A stretch of 64,000 bases of DNA, from the NCBI GenBank assembly GCA_964453525.1, contig CAYVOV010000009.1, positions 64,686-128,685 on the forward strand. The letters run 5' to 3'. This DNA comes from an uncultured Dehalococcoidales bacterium. Lineage in GTDB: Bacteria; Chloroflexota; Dehalococcoidia; Dehalococcoidales; UBA2162. Shown piece after piece: positions 54,840 to 64,000 of this stretch (its first letter is position 1; each line of letters opens with the position of its first letter). The notes under the pieces were generated by a model that was not told where the DNA came from, made no database searches, and saw only the letters and a program-made list of their open reading frames with translations. A program made the translations under genes and the position numbers.

Positions 54840-54893
54840 ACACTATAATTAATAAATTATACTATTTATAAAGTAAATAATTAATATTATTAA

Positions 54894-56498
54894 CTATTTA
54901 TTCTCTATATAGACCTTATCGAGCATGGCGATGCCGAGGGGATTGAGTTTGTAGCCTTTGATGTGCGGTTTGACCAGGTAGTAGTTCTGTCCGAACCAGA
55001 GAGGGATACAGGCGGCATCGTCAACCAGGATTTGTTCCGCCTGCCGGTACATTTCCAGGCTTTTATCGCTGTCCATCTCCACGCCGGCTCTTTCAAGCAG
55101 GTCATTTACCTCAGAATTTCTGTAACCGCCGTAGTTGTATCTGGCTTCACCATGAAAGAGCACTTCGAGGAAATCCTGCGGGTGTGGGTAATCGGCGATC
55201 CAGCCCATATCATACATCTCATTCTTTTCATCCTTCATGTGATAGAGAAACCTTCCCGGCTCAATCTGTCTTACTTTTACCTGCACTCCCAGGTTCTGTT
55301 GCCACTGGTAGATGACGGCTTCAAGGTCGCCTGATATCATGCCACCCCAGCCGGCGGTGGTCAATGTGATCGGGGGTAGATTGGAGACATCACTGTAAGC
55401 TGAATTCCTGATTAGCTCCTTTGCTTTCTCCACGTCATAACCTGGTCCGGACAGCGCATTATTGAAACCGGGAATGCCGGGCGGCAAAATTCCTTCCGCC
55501 TTCTGCACCGTGTCCCTGAACCGCAGCGAGACGATTTTGTCTATATCCAGAGCCATTATGAAGGCGCGGCGGATACCGGCGTCGTCAAAGGGTGGTTTCT
55601 CGGTATTGAAACCGATGTAATAGAAGCTCAGTTCGGGAGACGTGACAAGCTCGGTATAAAAGTCGCCTGCCGTATCGGTAGCTTTATCTATGTAATCAAC
55701 GGAAACTCCGGCGACGTCAATCTGGCCGGTCTCATACAGGTTTATCGGCACCCCTGCCCAGAGGTGGAAGACGGCAGAACCAATCTTCGCTTTTTCTCCG
55801 TAGTAGTCCTCATTTCTCTTCAGGACGAGTTTACTGGTTTCATCCCACTGCTTTAATTCGAACGGACCGGTGCCGTTTGGATTATGCCACCAGTCGGTCC
55901 CGGTTTTCACATTGTTTTCATCCACAACGTATGCCGTGGGGTAGGTGAGCTTGGAGAGGAAGAAGGACTTCGGAGCGTCAATCGTGACCTCGAGGGCGTA
56001 GTCGTCAACCACCCTGACACCGCTGATTTCTTTACTTTGACCTGCCAGTACTTCACTGACTCCGATAATATCTCCCAGATAGGTACCGGCGGTCTGCGAA
56101 CCCGTAGCCGGGTCGCAGGCACGCTCCCAGGAATACTTGAAGTCCCCGGCGGTAACTCCTCTGCCACCGTGAAAAGTGACATCTTCCCTGAGGTAGAAGG
56201 TATAGGTCCTGCCTCCATTGCTTACTTTCCAGTCGCGGGCGATATCCGGGGCGGGTTCAAGGTTCTCATCAAGGGAGACAAGCCCGCTGAAGACCTGCGT
56301 TATATACTGGTGGGAAGTGGCATCGCCTGAAACAGCCGGGTCAAGGGTATGCGGGTCAATGCCATACAGGTTGAGGACTCCCCCTTCCGTGACCGGGCCG
56401 GAGTCCTCGAATATCCGGCAACCGACCGGCATGCACAAAAAGAGGCTGCACAGCAAAAGTACTGCAATTATTATGTAAAGGTTTCTCTTCACCTTCAC
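54894..56498 (-). CDS. ABC transporter substrate-binding lipoprotein (peptide/nickel family 5)
   Basis: Signal peptide with lipobox (LCMPVGC). SBP_bac_5-type length and motifs (TYTFYLREDVTFHGG, NPNGTGPF). Confidence 0.88.
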   Translation of the reverse strand: MKVKRNLYIIIAVLLLCSLFLCMPVGCRIFEDSGPVTEGGVLNLYGIDPHTLDPAVSGDATSHQYITQVFSGLVSLDENLEPAPDIARDWKVSNGGRTYTFYLREDVTFHGGRGVTAGDFKYSWERACDPATGSQTAGTYLGDIIGVSEVLAGQSKEISGVRVVDDYALEVTIDAPKSFFLSKLTYPTAYVVDENNVKTGTDWWHNPNGTGPFELKQWDETSKLVLKRNEDYYGEKAKIGSAVFHLWAGVPINLYETGQIDVAGVSVDYIDKATDTAGDFYTELVTSPELSFYYIGFNTEKPPFDDAGIRRAFIMALDIDKIVSLRFRDTVQKAEGILPPGIPGFNNALSGPGYDVEKAKELIRNSAYSDVSNLPPITLTTAGWGGMISGDLEAVIYQWQQNLGVQVKVRQIEPGRFLYHMKDEKNEMYDMGWIADYPHPQDFLEVLFHGEARYNYGGYRNSEVNDLLERAGVEMDSDKSLEMYRQAEQILVDDAACIPLWFGQNYYLVKPHIKGYKLNPLGIAMLDKVYIENK

Positions 56499-56639
56499 GC
56501 TCTGCTGATAACCGTATAGACATACTATAACACAAACCAGGTTCGACTCTCTATGTGGATGGGCTATTCATCCCAATACATGAATCAGGAAGTCGAATTG
56601 ACAAGATATCACATGTTACCTTAAGCTAAATATGGAAAG

Positions 56640-57149
56640 ATGCTAATAGGCTTGATTTCAGATACCCATATTCCCGACCATGCGAAGCGACTCCCCGATG
56701 AACTGAAAGGAGCTTTTCGCGGCGTGGACTTGATACTTCACGGTGGAGATATCTATTCCGTTTCCGTACTGAATGAACTGGAAACGATAGCTCCGGTGCT
56801 GGCAGCTCAGGGCGACGACGATACCAGTTTTGCCGCCAGTGACAATCGTGTGAAACTAAAGCATATTATCAGCATTGACGGTGTTACAATCTGGCTGATG
56901 CATGAGAAACCCAGGTCCATGCCACGCGTCTCCAAAGAAATCCCCTGGCTGGATGACCCCCCCGATGCCATCGTCTTTGGTCATACCCATGAGGCTACTG
57001 TGGAAAATCACCAGGGTATTCTTCACGTTAATCCGGGCAGCCCGACCTTTCCTCATTATAACCTCAGGCTCGGCACGGTAGGCTTGATGACAGTCGAGTC
57101 TGGTAAAGTCGAAGTTAAAATCGTTCAACTCAAATCGAGACCTGCCTGA
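56640..57149 (+). CDS. metallophosphoesterase (YfcE-like)
   Basis: ISDTHIP, HGGDI and GHTH motifs. Confidence 0.88.
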   Translation: MLIGLISDTHIPDHAKRLPDELKGAFRGVDLILHGGDIYSVSVLNELETIAPVLAAQGDDDTSFAASDNRVKLKHIISIDGVTIWLMHEKPRSMPRVSKEIPWLDDPPDAIVFGHTHEATVENHQGILHVNPGSPTFPHYNLRLGTVGLMTVESGKVEVKIVQLKSRPA

Positions 57150-57190
57150 GAAGGCAGACATCTTCTGTCTGAAGTGATGCACTCTATCTT

Positions 57191-58609
57191 CTAGCTGGAG
57201 CTAATGCTTTTCCGAAGGTTATAGTAATCAAGGGCTTTTCTCAGGGCAAAGGCGCCGCGCTCAAGGCTAGTGAAGGCCGGAACTCCGCCGTTCTGTAGCT
57301 TCTGGATAATATCACCGGTTTGCTGTACTGAGTCGGGAGCGAAAGACGCGGGAACAATGGCAATTACCGGCTTGACGTTTTTCTTCCTGATGCTAATCAG
57401 TAAGTCAAGCCGGTTTTCAAGCGGTCCTGCCGGACCAATGCGAGTGTTGAGCAGCAGTACCAGGTTATCCGTGTTCGTGTCACGCTCAAGTATATCCATG
57501 ATGTGGTTTATCTCTCTGAGATTGGTATTGCCGGTGTCTATGGGATTGAGATAGCCGCCTCCGATTATGGCGTAGAAGGTAGCCAGCTCATCGTAGGATT
57601 CTTTACTGAGCAAGGGCACCTTCAGTCCAACCTCGGAGAAAACATCGGCGATGGCTACCGACTGCCCACCGGAACCTCCGGTTATGGCTACTCTATTCCC
57701 GCTGACCGGCTGGAGATAGAGGAGACCCTTCATCGCATCGATTAGTTCTTCCATCCGGGATACTTTAATCGCCCCGCACTGTTTCACCGCCGCATCCCAT
57801 ATCGCCTGGGAGACAGCCAGAGAGCCGGTGTGGGAGGCAATCGCTCGCTCTCCTTCCTCGGTCCGCCCGCCTTTCCATATTACCACCGGCTTCCGGGCAG
57901 ATACTTCTTTTAAAACCTTGAGGAATCGCTGGCCGTCTTTTACACCCTCCAAGTACATGCCGATAACTTTAATATCTTTGTCCTGCCCGAAATACTCGAG
58001 ATAATCGGGTGAATCAAGCACTATTCCGTTGCCGAAGCTGACTGATTTATTTATCTCCATTCCCTGGAGATATGCCTCACTATTGAAACCAACGGCGTGG
58101 GTGCCGCTCTGCGAGATGAGGCCCACCGAACCGGCAGGAGCGATATGCTGCTTTCCATTACCCTGCCCGATACCGATGCTTGGATTGAAGATTCCCATGC
58201 AGTTGGGACCAATGAGGTGGAAGTTAGCCGTCGATGCTTTCTCAGTGATAATACGTTCAAGCTCCCTCCCCTCTTCGGTGTCGGTTTCGGAAAAGCCGGC
58301 GGTAAAGAAATGAGCGGCAGCCACGTCTTTGCGAATGCAGTCATCAAGAATCGCCGGAGCGATTGCTCTCGGCACAGCCACAATTACCAGGTCCACGGGT
58401 TCCGGGATGTCAAGCAGGCTCTTATAGTTTTTTATCCCCAGGGCTTCTATGCCTTCGATATCCTGAGGGTCTATCTGTACGGAATAAAGTTTTCCCTTGA
58501 AGTCACTGTGGGAACGGAGCCACATAAAGTTGCTCTGTCTCTTATCGCCGATAACCACCAGGCACTCCGGATTAAAAGCTCTGTCCAGTTTCTTAAAATC
58601 TACATTCAA
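57191..58609 (-). CDS. CoA-binding / ADP-forming acyl-CoA synthetase alpha-like protein
   Basis: CoA-binding Rossmann fold (VVIGDK...) plus succinyl-CoA-ligase-like flavodoxin domain (GLISQSGT, HTGSLA phospho-His region). Confidence 0.8.
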   Translation of the reverse strand: MNVDFKKLDRAFNPECLVVIGDKRQSNFMWLRSHSDFKGKLYSVQIDPQDIEGIEALGIKNYKSLLDIPEPVDLVIVAVPRAIAPAILDDCIRKDVAAAHFFTAGFSETDTEEGRELERIITEKASTANFHLIGPNCMGIFNPSIGIGQGNGKQHIAPAGSVGLISQSGTHAVGFNSEAYLQGMEINKSVSFGNGIVLDSPDYLEYFGQDKDIKVIGMYLEGVKDGQRFLKVLKEVSARKPVVIWKGGRTEEGERAIASHTGSLAVSQAIWDAAVKQCGAIKVSRMEELIDAMKGLLYLQPVSGNRVAITGGSGGQSVAIADVFSEVGLKVPLLSKESYDELATFYAIIGGGYLNPIDTGNTNLREINHIMDILERDTNTDNLVLLLNTRIGPAGPLENRLDLLISIRKKNVKPVIAIVPASFAPDSVQQTGDIIQKLQNGGVPAFTSLERGAFALRKALDYYNLRKSISSS

Positions 58610-58639
58610 TTTATTTCTGCCTTTCGATAACTGGACTGT

Positions 58640-59452
58640 TCATCCCGGCATTTCTGCCGAAATGTCCCGGAGCCTTTTCATCGCTTCCTCGGTTCCTATT
58701 TTGCCTTGCTTTAATTCTTCGTTCGTAATCTCCACTATTTCAAGAAATTTCTCAAGGTTTTTATACTGGTCTTGGGTAATGGGTAATGAGAGCAATGGCT
58801 CAACAACTTCACGGTAAAGCTCAAGTTCGATTCTTTCAGAAGTGTCTAAATCCGCACCCTGAGTTTTTTCCAAGGTTGCTAAATCAGCCTCCAGAGTTTT
58901 TTTAGCTTCTTCTATACTTTGCCTTATCTTTTCCCCGGTTTCTTCAGCCTCGGCAGCTTTCCTTGTTTCTTCGGCTTCGGCAGCTTTCCTGGCTTTCTCG
59001 GCTTCGGCAGCTTTCCTGGCTTCTTCGGCCTCACGTCTGGCTCTCTCTTTAGCTTCCTTTTCAGCCTGTTTCTTTGCCTGCTTTTCAGCTTCGGCAGCTT
59101 TCCTGGCTTCTTCAGCTTCTTCGGCTCCAACAGCGTCAGTTGCTTCTTCAGCCTTACCAGTTTCCTCGGCCTGGGCGGTTGACCCTGCTTCATCTGACGC
59201 CTCTTTGGTCTTTTCCCAGGCTGCTATATCAGCCGCCAGAGCTTTCTTAGCCTCTTCTATCTCCCTGGCGGCTTTTTCAATGGCATCAATCCTGGCCTGC
59301 CTTTCGGCTTCAGCAGCCTTCTTGCTTTCAGCAGCCTTCCTGCTTTCAACAACCCTCCGGCGTCCCCGTAAGCCACGCCCCCGCAACGGGTAATTACACC
59401 ACTGGCAGTTATCACCGCTGGTTATCTGTCCGCAATTAGGACATCTCGGCAT
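58640..59452 (-). CDS. zinc-ribbon protein with long Ala/Glu/Lys-rich repeat region
   Basis: MPRCPNCGQITSGDNCQWCNYPL is followed by reiterated EEARKAAEAE(K/E) units. The matching nucleotide tandem repeats lie at ~58960-59120. Confidence 0.65.
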   Translation of the reverse strand: MPRCPNCGQITSGDNCQWCNYPLRGRGLRGRRRVVESRKAAESKKAAEAERQARIDAIEKAAREIEEAKKALAADIAAWEKTKEASDEAGSTAQAEETGKAEEATDAVGAEEAEEARKAAEAEKQAKKQAEKEAKERARREAEEARKAAEAEKARKAAEAEETRKAAEAEETGEKIRQSIEEAKKTLEADLATLEKTQGADLDTSERIELELYREVVEPLLSLPITQDQYKNLEKFLEIVEITNEELKQGKIGTEEAMKRLRDISAEMPG

Positions 59453-59531
59453 TTTTGTAAGATTCCTTTTCCGTATTTATCCCGTTTTATTTAATGTCAG
59501 GTATGGCGATAGCCAGGAACCTGCGTGTATC

Positions 59532-60230
59532 TTATAAAATTCCTTCTCGTTTCAGGCTGACGTATTCCGTATTAGCGATAATAATGTGGTCAAGAACATC
59601 TATGCCTATAACCTCTCCGGCCCTGGTCAACCTTTCAGTTAACTTAATGTCGTCCTCCGATGGCGTCGGGTCACCCGAGGGGTGATTGTGAACAAAAATA
59701 ACTGAAGCGGCGCTGGCGGAAATCGCTTCTTTAAATACCTCTCGGGGGTGAACTATGCTCGTATCCAGGCTGCCAACCGATATCTCTGCTATGTTTATCA
59801 GCTGACTCCTTGTATCAAGCAAAAGCACCTGAAAATGCTCCTTCTTCTTATCCTTTAATCTGCCTTTGACCAAGCTTACCACTTCTTCCGGGGTTTTGAC
59901 CAGTGGCTTCTTTCCCTGTTCAGGAGAACCCTCCAGCCGGTTAGCCAGCTCAAAGGCGGCCTTTATCTGTGATGCCTTGGCAGGTCCGATACCTTTTATA
60001 CCGGCTAACTCCTCAAGAGACGCATTAGCCAGTCCTTTTATATTGCCGAACCGGCTCAGCAGCCTCTGGGCGGTAACGGTTACCGATTCGCCAGCAATAC
60101 CTCGCCCCAGAATCAGGGCTAAAATCTCCTGTGCTGACAGGGCTTCGACGCCGAACTTATGCAGCCTCTCTCTGGGCCTCTCGGAGACGGGCAAATCGTG
60201 AATTGTAAATGACTTCTTCACTGGTCCCAC
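59532..60230 (-). CDS. radC: RadC-family JAB/MPN domain protein
   Basis: HhH region (LELILG-type: ILALILGRG) and VHNHPSGDPTPSxxD JAMM motif. Confidence 0.92.
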   Translation of the reverse strand: MGPVKKSFTIHDLPVSERPRERLHKFGVEALSAQEILALILGRGIAGESVTVTAQRLLSRFGNIKGLANASLEELAGIKGIGPAKASQIKAAFELANRLEGSPEQGKKPLVKTPEEVVSLVKGRLKDKKKEHFQVLLLDTRSQLINIAEISVGSLDTSIVHPREVFKEAISASAASVIFVHNHPSGDPTPSEDDIKLTERLTRAGEVIGIDVLDHIIIANTEYVSLKREGIL

Positions 60231-61456
60231 CTCCAGGTCGGACTCCCGACGGCCGGCTGCCGGGCTACAGAAAGTCCACTGTCAAGCCAGGTAGATGCCG
60301 GTACTGCGGCTGTCATCTTTACTCCGGTTTCCAGGTAGCTACCGTTCACATAGTCCTGCCATAATGTATCTAATCCTTCAGTATTGAAACCGTAGACTTT
60401 TTCCAGGGCTCCGTCATAGCTGCTGCCTTTGCTGAAATTGGTCAGCAGTTCAAGCATTTTATCCTGTCCGTAAACGGTAATCAGGAATTCGACAAGACTG
60501 TAACTCTGGGCGTAGGAAAGGTACGCCACTTCGGTGTCTGTAGAGAAGGGGCTTGAAAGGCTGCGTACTGAGATTAGTCCGTTATCGGCTGCTGCGTTCT
60601 TGAGGCGAGCGGCAAGTCCGCTGCTGAGTTCTCCTTCGTTATACATAGCCAGGCCTTCATTCAACCAGGTGGGTAAGCCGGTATAGGGATTAACGGTCAT
60701 CTGCTGAACGACGAGGTGGGTCAATTCATGAGTCATCGCGCTTTTACCCCATGAAAGATTATTCGGCTCGATGCCTAAAACTACGGTGTTGTACTGAGTG
60801 AAAGCGACTCCACCTGTCCACTCCTGGGGGAAAATCATTGCGCCCTGTAAGTCCTGGCTGTTCGCGTAAATATAGATTTCGGCCGGCTCTATTAAATAGG
60901 CACCGGTGTCGTTTTCAAGTCGGGTAAGTGCCTGCTGAGCAGCGGACATCAGCTCGGCGGCAAAAGCTTGCTCCCCTTCGTACCAGTATATAGTTAACTT
61001 ACCTTCGCTCAGACTTCTCCAGGAATAGCGGTTATCTTCGAAGCGGAATGGTGTCGGACTGCTTTCGAATCTGTCGCCATCGGTATTTTCTACTGTCCAC
61101 CAGTATTGAATATCGGTACCGGGAGGGAGTCCGCCGGTTTTCCGCATATCCCAGGTCCACTCAGTATCTACGGAAGTATCAGGCGCGAACTCTATATAGG
61201 CTTCACTGGTTACCGGGGCGAAGCTCTGCCGGTCTGTGGTATAGTGCAGGCGGATATCGGTAATTGTGGCATCGCTTTCGGCGGATATCGCAAACTGGAG
61301 CGTCAGAGGGAACTCCGCCTTGACCGAATAGACACAGCTGATATCTTCCTCCGAGTACTGTTTTTCCCGGGCGAGGACCTCTCCATCGCCTGCCAGCGGA
61401 AACAGGCTGAGAATGAATACCACCAGGAGGCCGATATAACAGATTCTTTTTGACAT
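60218..61456 (-). CDS. secreted peptidase MA-family metalloprotease
   Basis: Signal peptide, MTHELTHLV (HExxH) and WLNEGLAMY (third ligand Glu). Confidence 0.8.
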   Translation of the reverse strand: MSKRICYIGLLVVFILSLFPLAGDGEVLAREKQYSEEDISCVYSVKAEFPLTLQFAISAESDATITDIRLHYTTDRQSFAPVTSEAYIEFAPDTSVDTEWTWDMRKTGGLPPGTDIQYWWTVENTDGDRFESSPTPFRFEDNRYSWRSLSEGKLTIYWYEGEQAFAAELMSAAQQALTRLENDTGAYLIEPAEIYIYANSQDLQGAMIFPQEWTGGVAFTQYNTVVLGIEPNNLSWGKSAMTHELTHLVVQQMTVNPYTGLPTWLNEGLAMYNEGELSSGLAARLKNAAADNGLISVRSLSSPFSTDTEVAYLSYAQSYSLVEFLITVYGQDKMLELLTNFSKGSSYDGALEKVYGFNTEGLDTLWQDYVNGSYLETGVKMTAAVPASTWLDSGLSVARQPAVGSPTWRWDQ

Positions 61457-61569
61457 ATCAGTTAAAGTTTAATATTTTAAAAACGAGTTATCAAGTATAA
61501 GGGTGAATACGGGCACGTCGCGGAAGCTTTTAACAGGTTCACCACGGACAGATAGACTCGATATGACTG

Positions 61570-62154
61570 ATGGAGGACAATCCGCTGACCGATTCCAGGA
61601 TTATTGAAATTCGCGGGGCGGGAGCAGTTCTGTTCGAGCGCAGCAGGCGGGCAAAACGGATAAATATCTCGGTTAAACCGTCCGCCGGAGTTCGCGTTGC
61701 CGTTCCGGTGGGGACTTCTTTCAGAAAAGCGGAGGAATTTGTTCATACCAGAATGGACTGGATTCAGAAGCATCTCCTCAGGATAAGGCGGTACGAAAAA
61801 GAAGGCAGGATTATTTCAGATACTTCACCTGATATAGACAGGTCTGAAGCCAGACGAAAGTTAACCGGAAGGCTGGAATATCTGGCAGAGAAATACGGAT
61901 TTACCTATAACAGAGTCTTTATCCGAAATCAGAAGACGAGGTGGGGCAGTTGCTCACACAAAAATAATATCAGCCTGAACATAAGGATTTTAAGCTTACC
62001 TGAGGAACTCGGAGACTATGTGATTCTCCATGAGCTTACCCATACCCGGGTAAAGAACCACAGTAACGTTTTCTGGGCTGAACTTGATAAGTACGTGATG
62101 AATAGTAAGGCTATGGCATCGAGACTCAGGAAATACGGGCTGGGGCTATCTTGA
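61570..62154 (+). CDS. YgjP/DUF45-like (M48-related) metallopeptidase
   Basis: WGSCS...ISLN and ILHELTHTRVKNHS (HExxH). Confidence 0.8.
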   Translation: MEDNPLTDSRIIEIRGAGAVLFERSRRAKRINISVKPSAGVRVAVPVGTSFRKAEEFVHTRMDWIQKHLLRIRRYEKEGRIISDTSPDIDRSEARRKLTGRLEYLAEKYGFTYNRVFIRNQKTRWGSCSHKNNISLNIRILSLPEELGDYVILHELTHTRVKNHSNVFWAELDKYVMNSKAMASRLRKYGLGLS

Positions 62155-62192
62155 ATAGACATTTACGTGGCGGCGGGAGAGAAAGCTCATCG

Positions 62193-62528
62193 TCATGCGG
62201 TCAGGTACACGAAGAGATTCCAGAAGACAACGCCGGTATAGAATAGAAGAAAAACAACTGTAGCCGAATATATTATCCGGGGCATGGAATTGTATTTAAT
62301 CCAGAGAAATAATGTGACTAAAAAGGCGCCGGATATCTTGATTGCCAAAAACACGTTCTGTTTTACCCAGGCCTGAAGGAAAGGATTCACCTCTATTGCA
62401 TGCCCGTTTGTCACCAGGAACTCGGTAATCAAGCCATCGGCAACTATGAGACAGAAAAGGGTATAAAGCATAAACCGCATGGTGCGGCTTTCTACAATAA
62501 GGCGTTTGGGAATTCTTAAAACGTCCAT
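62193..62528 (-). CDS. DUF5658-like membrane protein
   Basis: Four TM helices; ADGLITEFLVTNGHAIEVNPF motif. Confidence 0.6.
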   Translation of the reverse strand: MDVLRIPKRLIVESRTMRFMLYTLFCLIVADGLITEFLVTNGHAIEVNPFLQAWVKQNVFLAIKISGAFLVTLFLWIKYNSMPRIIYSATVVFLLFYTGVVFWNLFVYLTA

Positions 62529-62626
62529 TTGCAGAATAAATGAAAACGTGTGCTTACTAACAATTTTCCATTTTATAGAAGGATTTATACGGAGTCAAGA
62601 GAAACCGCTGGCAAAATGGGTCGATT

Positions 62627-63728
62627 TTATTCTTCATTGCCGATGATTGACCTGAGATAAGCCTTGATAAAACCATCGAGGTCACCATCCAAGACTGCTT
62701 CCGGATTGCCTGTCTGATAGCTGGTTCTATGGTCTTTCACCATTTTATAAGGATGCAGGACGTAGCTTCTAATCTGGTTGCCCCAGCCGGCGGCAATTCG
62801 CTCTCCCTTGAGTCTGGACCTTTCCTCGGCCCTTCTGGCTAATTCCATATTCAACAGGCGAGATTGAAGAATTTTCATGGCAATATCTTTATTCTGGTAC
62901 TGAGAGCGTTCACTCTGGCAGGTAACGGCGAGCTTCGTTGGCAGATGAGTAATCCGGACAGCGCTGCTCGTTTTCTGCATGTGCTGCCCACCCGGTCCGC
63001 TTGACCTGAAAGTCTCGATTTTCAGTTCATCCGGCTCAATTTTTATATCGGTATCCTCGGCCGCCTCCGGCAATACCTCTATCAGGGCAAACGAAGTATG
63101 CCTGGCGTGGTCAGCGTCGAACGGAGAAAGACGTACCAGTCTGTGGACGCCGTGCTCTGATTTTAAGTAGCCGAATGCGTAATCACCGCTGACGCTGATA
63201 GTGGCACTCTTTATTCCGGCTTCGTCACCGGGAGAAGTATCCAGCACCTCTGCCTGGTAGCCGCGGCGCTCTGCCCAGCGCAGGTACATCCTGAGCAGTA
63301 TTTCAGCCCAGTCCTGAGATTCGGTGCCTCCGGCACCGGCGTGTATGGCAAGGATGGCATTTCTGGCATCGTACTCGCCGGAGAAAGCTGTCTCCAACTC
63401 CATATCATCAAGGACAGAAGCCACGGTGTCTATTTCCGACTCAAACTCTTCTCGAAAATCAGTGTCCTCTTCCGCCAATGAACTCAAAGCGGCAATGTCG
63501 GCAACTTTTTTCTCAAGAGCCCGCCACTTCTCAACCACCTTTTTGTGCTCGGCAAGCTGGCGCATAACGCTCTGGGCTTCTGACTGGTTAAGCCAGAAAT
63601 CGGGCTGCGCCGATTGTTTTTCCAGTCTGGCTATTTCCTTTTCTCTGGCAGCAATATCAAAGATGCACCAGTGCCATAGAAATTCTTTCCTGGAGGTCTT
63701 TCAGCTTATCTCTTGATTCCTGTACCAA
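62627..63728 (-). CDS. prfB: peptide chain release factor 2 (programmed +1 frameshift at 63659)
   Basis: TTG start at 63728 after AAGGAGGA. Frame 0 encodes MVQESRDKLKDLQERISMALVHL and ends at CTT TGA T (63662-63656). The +1 frame continues DIAAREKEIARLEKQSAQPDFW... into ORF 62627..63565, which carries SPF and GGQ (SGPGGQHMQKT). Confidence 0.93.
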
Positions 63729-63777
63729 TTATCCTCCTTAGAAACTAGGTTACAGGGACTGGTGAATGTATCTGTCC

Positions 63778-64000
63778 TTAATTATATTCCTTTTTCGTCA
63801 GGGTGTCTTCTTTTTGCTTGAGACTTCTCCCCGCCGTCTGGTGAGCAAAACGGGTTGGCTCGGGAAGACGGTAGCCACGGCAGCATTCGAGCACCCAGTA
63901 AATGGCAGTTTCCAGGTCAATCCGGTGACCTATGGACACGTACACCGGTTTCACTCGATGCTTTGTCCTCAGAACCACACCTATAGTCTCACCATCATCC
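63778..64000 (-). CDS. nfi: endonuclease V (5' part outside window)
   Basis: [17 protein letters not shown]...[11 protein letters not shown] is the Nfi C-terminus. The frame is open to the window edge. Confidence 0.85.
   Translation of the reverse strand, partial: DDGETIGVVLRTKHRVKPVYVSIGHRIDLETAIYWVLECCRGYRLPEPTRFAHQTAGRSLKQKEDTLTKKEYN

Larger units (their letters stand above)
51313..54893. mobile_element. AT-rich genomic islet integrated next to tRNA-Ser (decayed)
   Basis: G+C drops abruptly right after the tRNA (~38% in a hand-counted line versus ~60% just upstream). There is one large cargo gene and a 5'-truncated tyrosine-recombinase remnant at the distal end. Confidence 0.7.

Noticed and set aside
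54840-54893. Direct repeat of the tRNA-Ser 3' end (attR) at the distal edge of the islet.
   Set aside because: This 54-nt stretch is almost pure A/T. It contains no match of 8 nt or more to ggttcgaatcccaccccctccg that I could see, so the islet boundary is inferred from composition only.

Overview
This is a chromosomal segment of about 55-60% G+C. From gene content and repeat style it is probably a Chloroflexota/Dehalococcoidia-like bacterium, but that is a low-confidence inference. Housekeeping genes dominate. They include a complete trpE-G-D-C-F-B-A operon, an arginine cluster (argJ, a KARI-like gene, argB, argD, argG, argH), rpe, rpmB, a DAK2/DegV pair, recG, argS, trpS, hisA, hisI, rpmE-rpmA-rplU, dnaX-ybaB-recR, recO, lysS, serS, an FAD/Fe-S oxidoreductase cluster, one tRNA-Ser(UGA), prfB with its +1 frameshift, and a partial nfi. 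No rRNA genes or CRISPR arrays were seen. Four things stand out. (1) A ~3.6 kb AT-rich islet sits directly after tRNA-Ser. It carries a single 1035-aa gene (nitrilase-fold CN-hydrolase + NB-ARC STAND ATPase + TPR) and a decayed integrase; this is the best candidate for an undescribed conflict/defence module. (2) An AT-rich two-gene arrangement (a 2-TM protein followed by a small GIY-YIG nuclease) occurs twice, once inside the trp operon and once between recG and argS. (3) Nearly every intergenic spacer is filled with several families of hairpin repeats. Each GIY-YIG gene is bracketed by its own repeat family, and the insertions carry duplications of the downstream gene's RBS/start region. (4) A stand-alone tubulin/CetZ-like GTPase gene is present. 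All calls come from reading the ORF-track translations and the nucleotide sequence; no database search was run.
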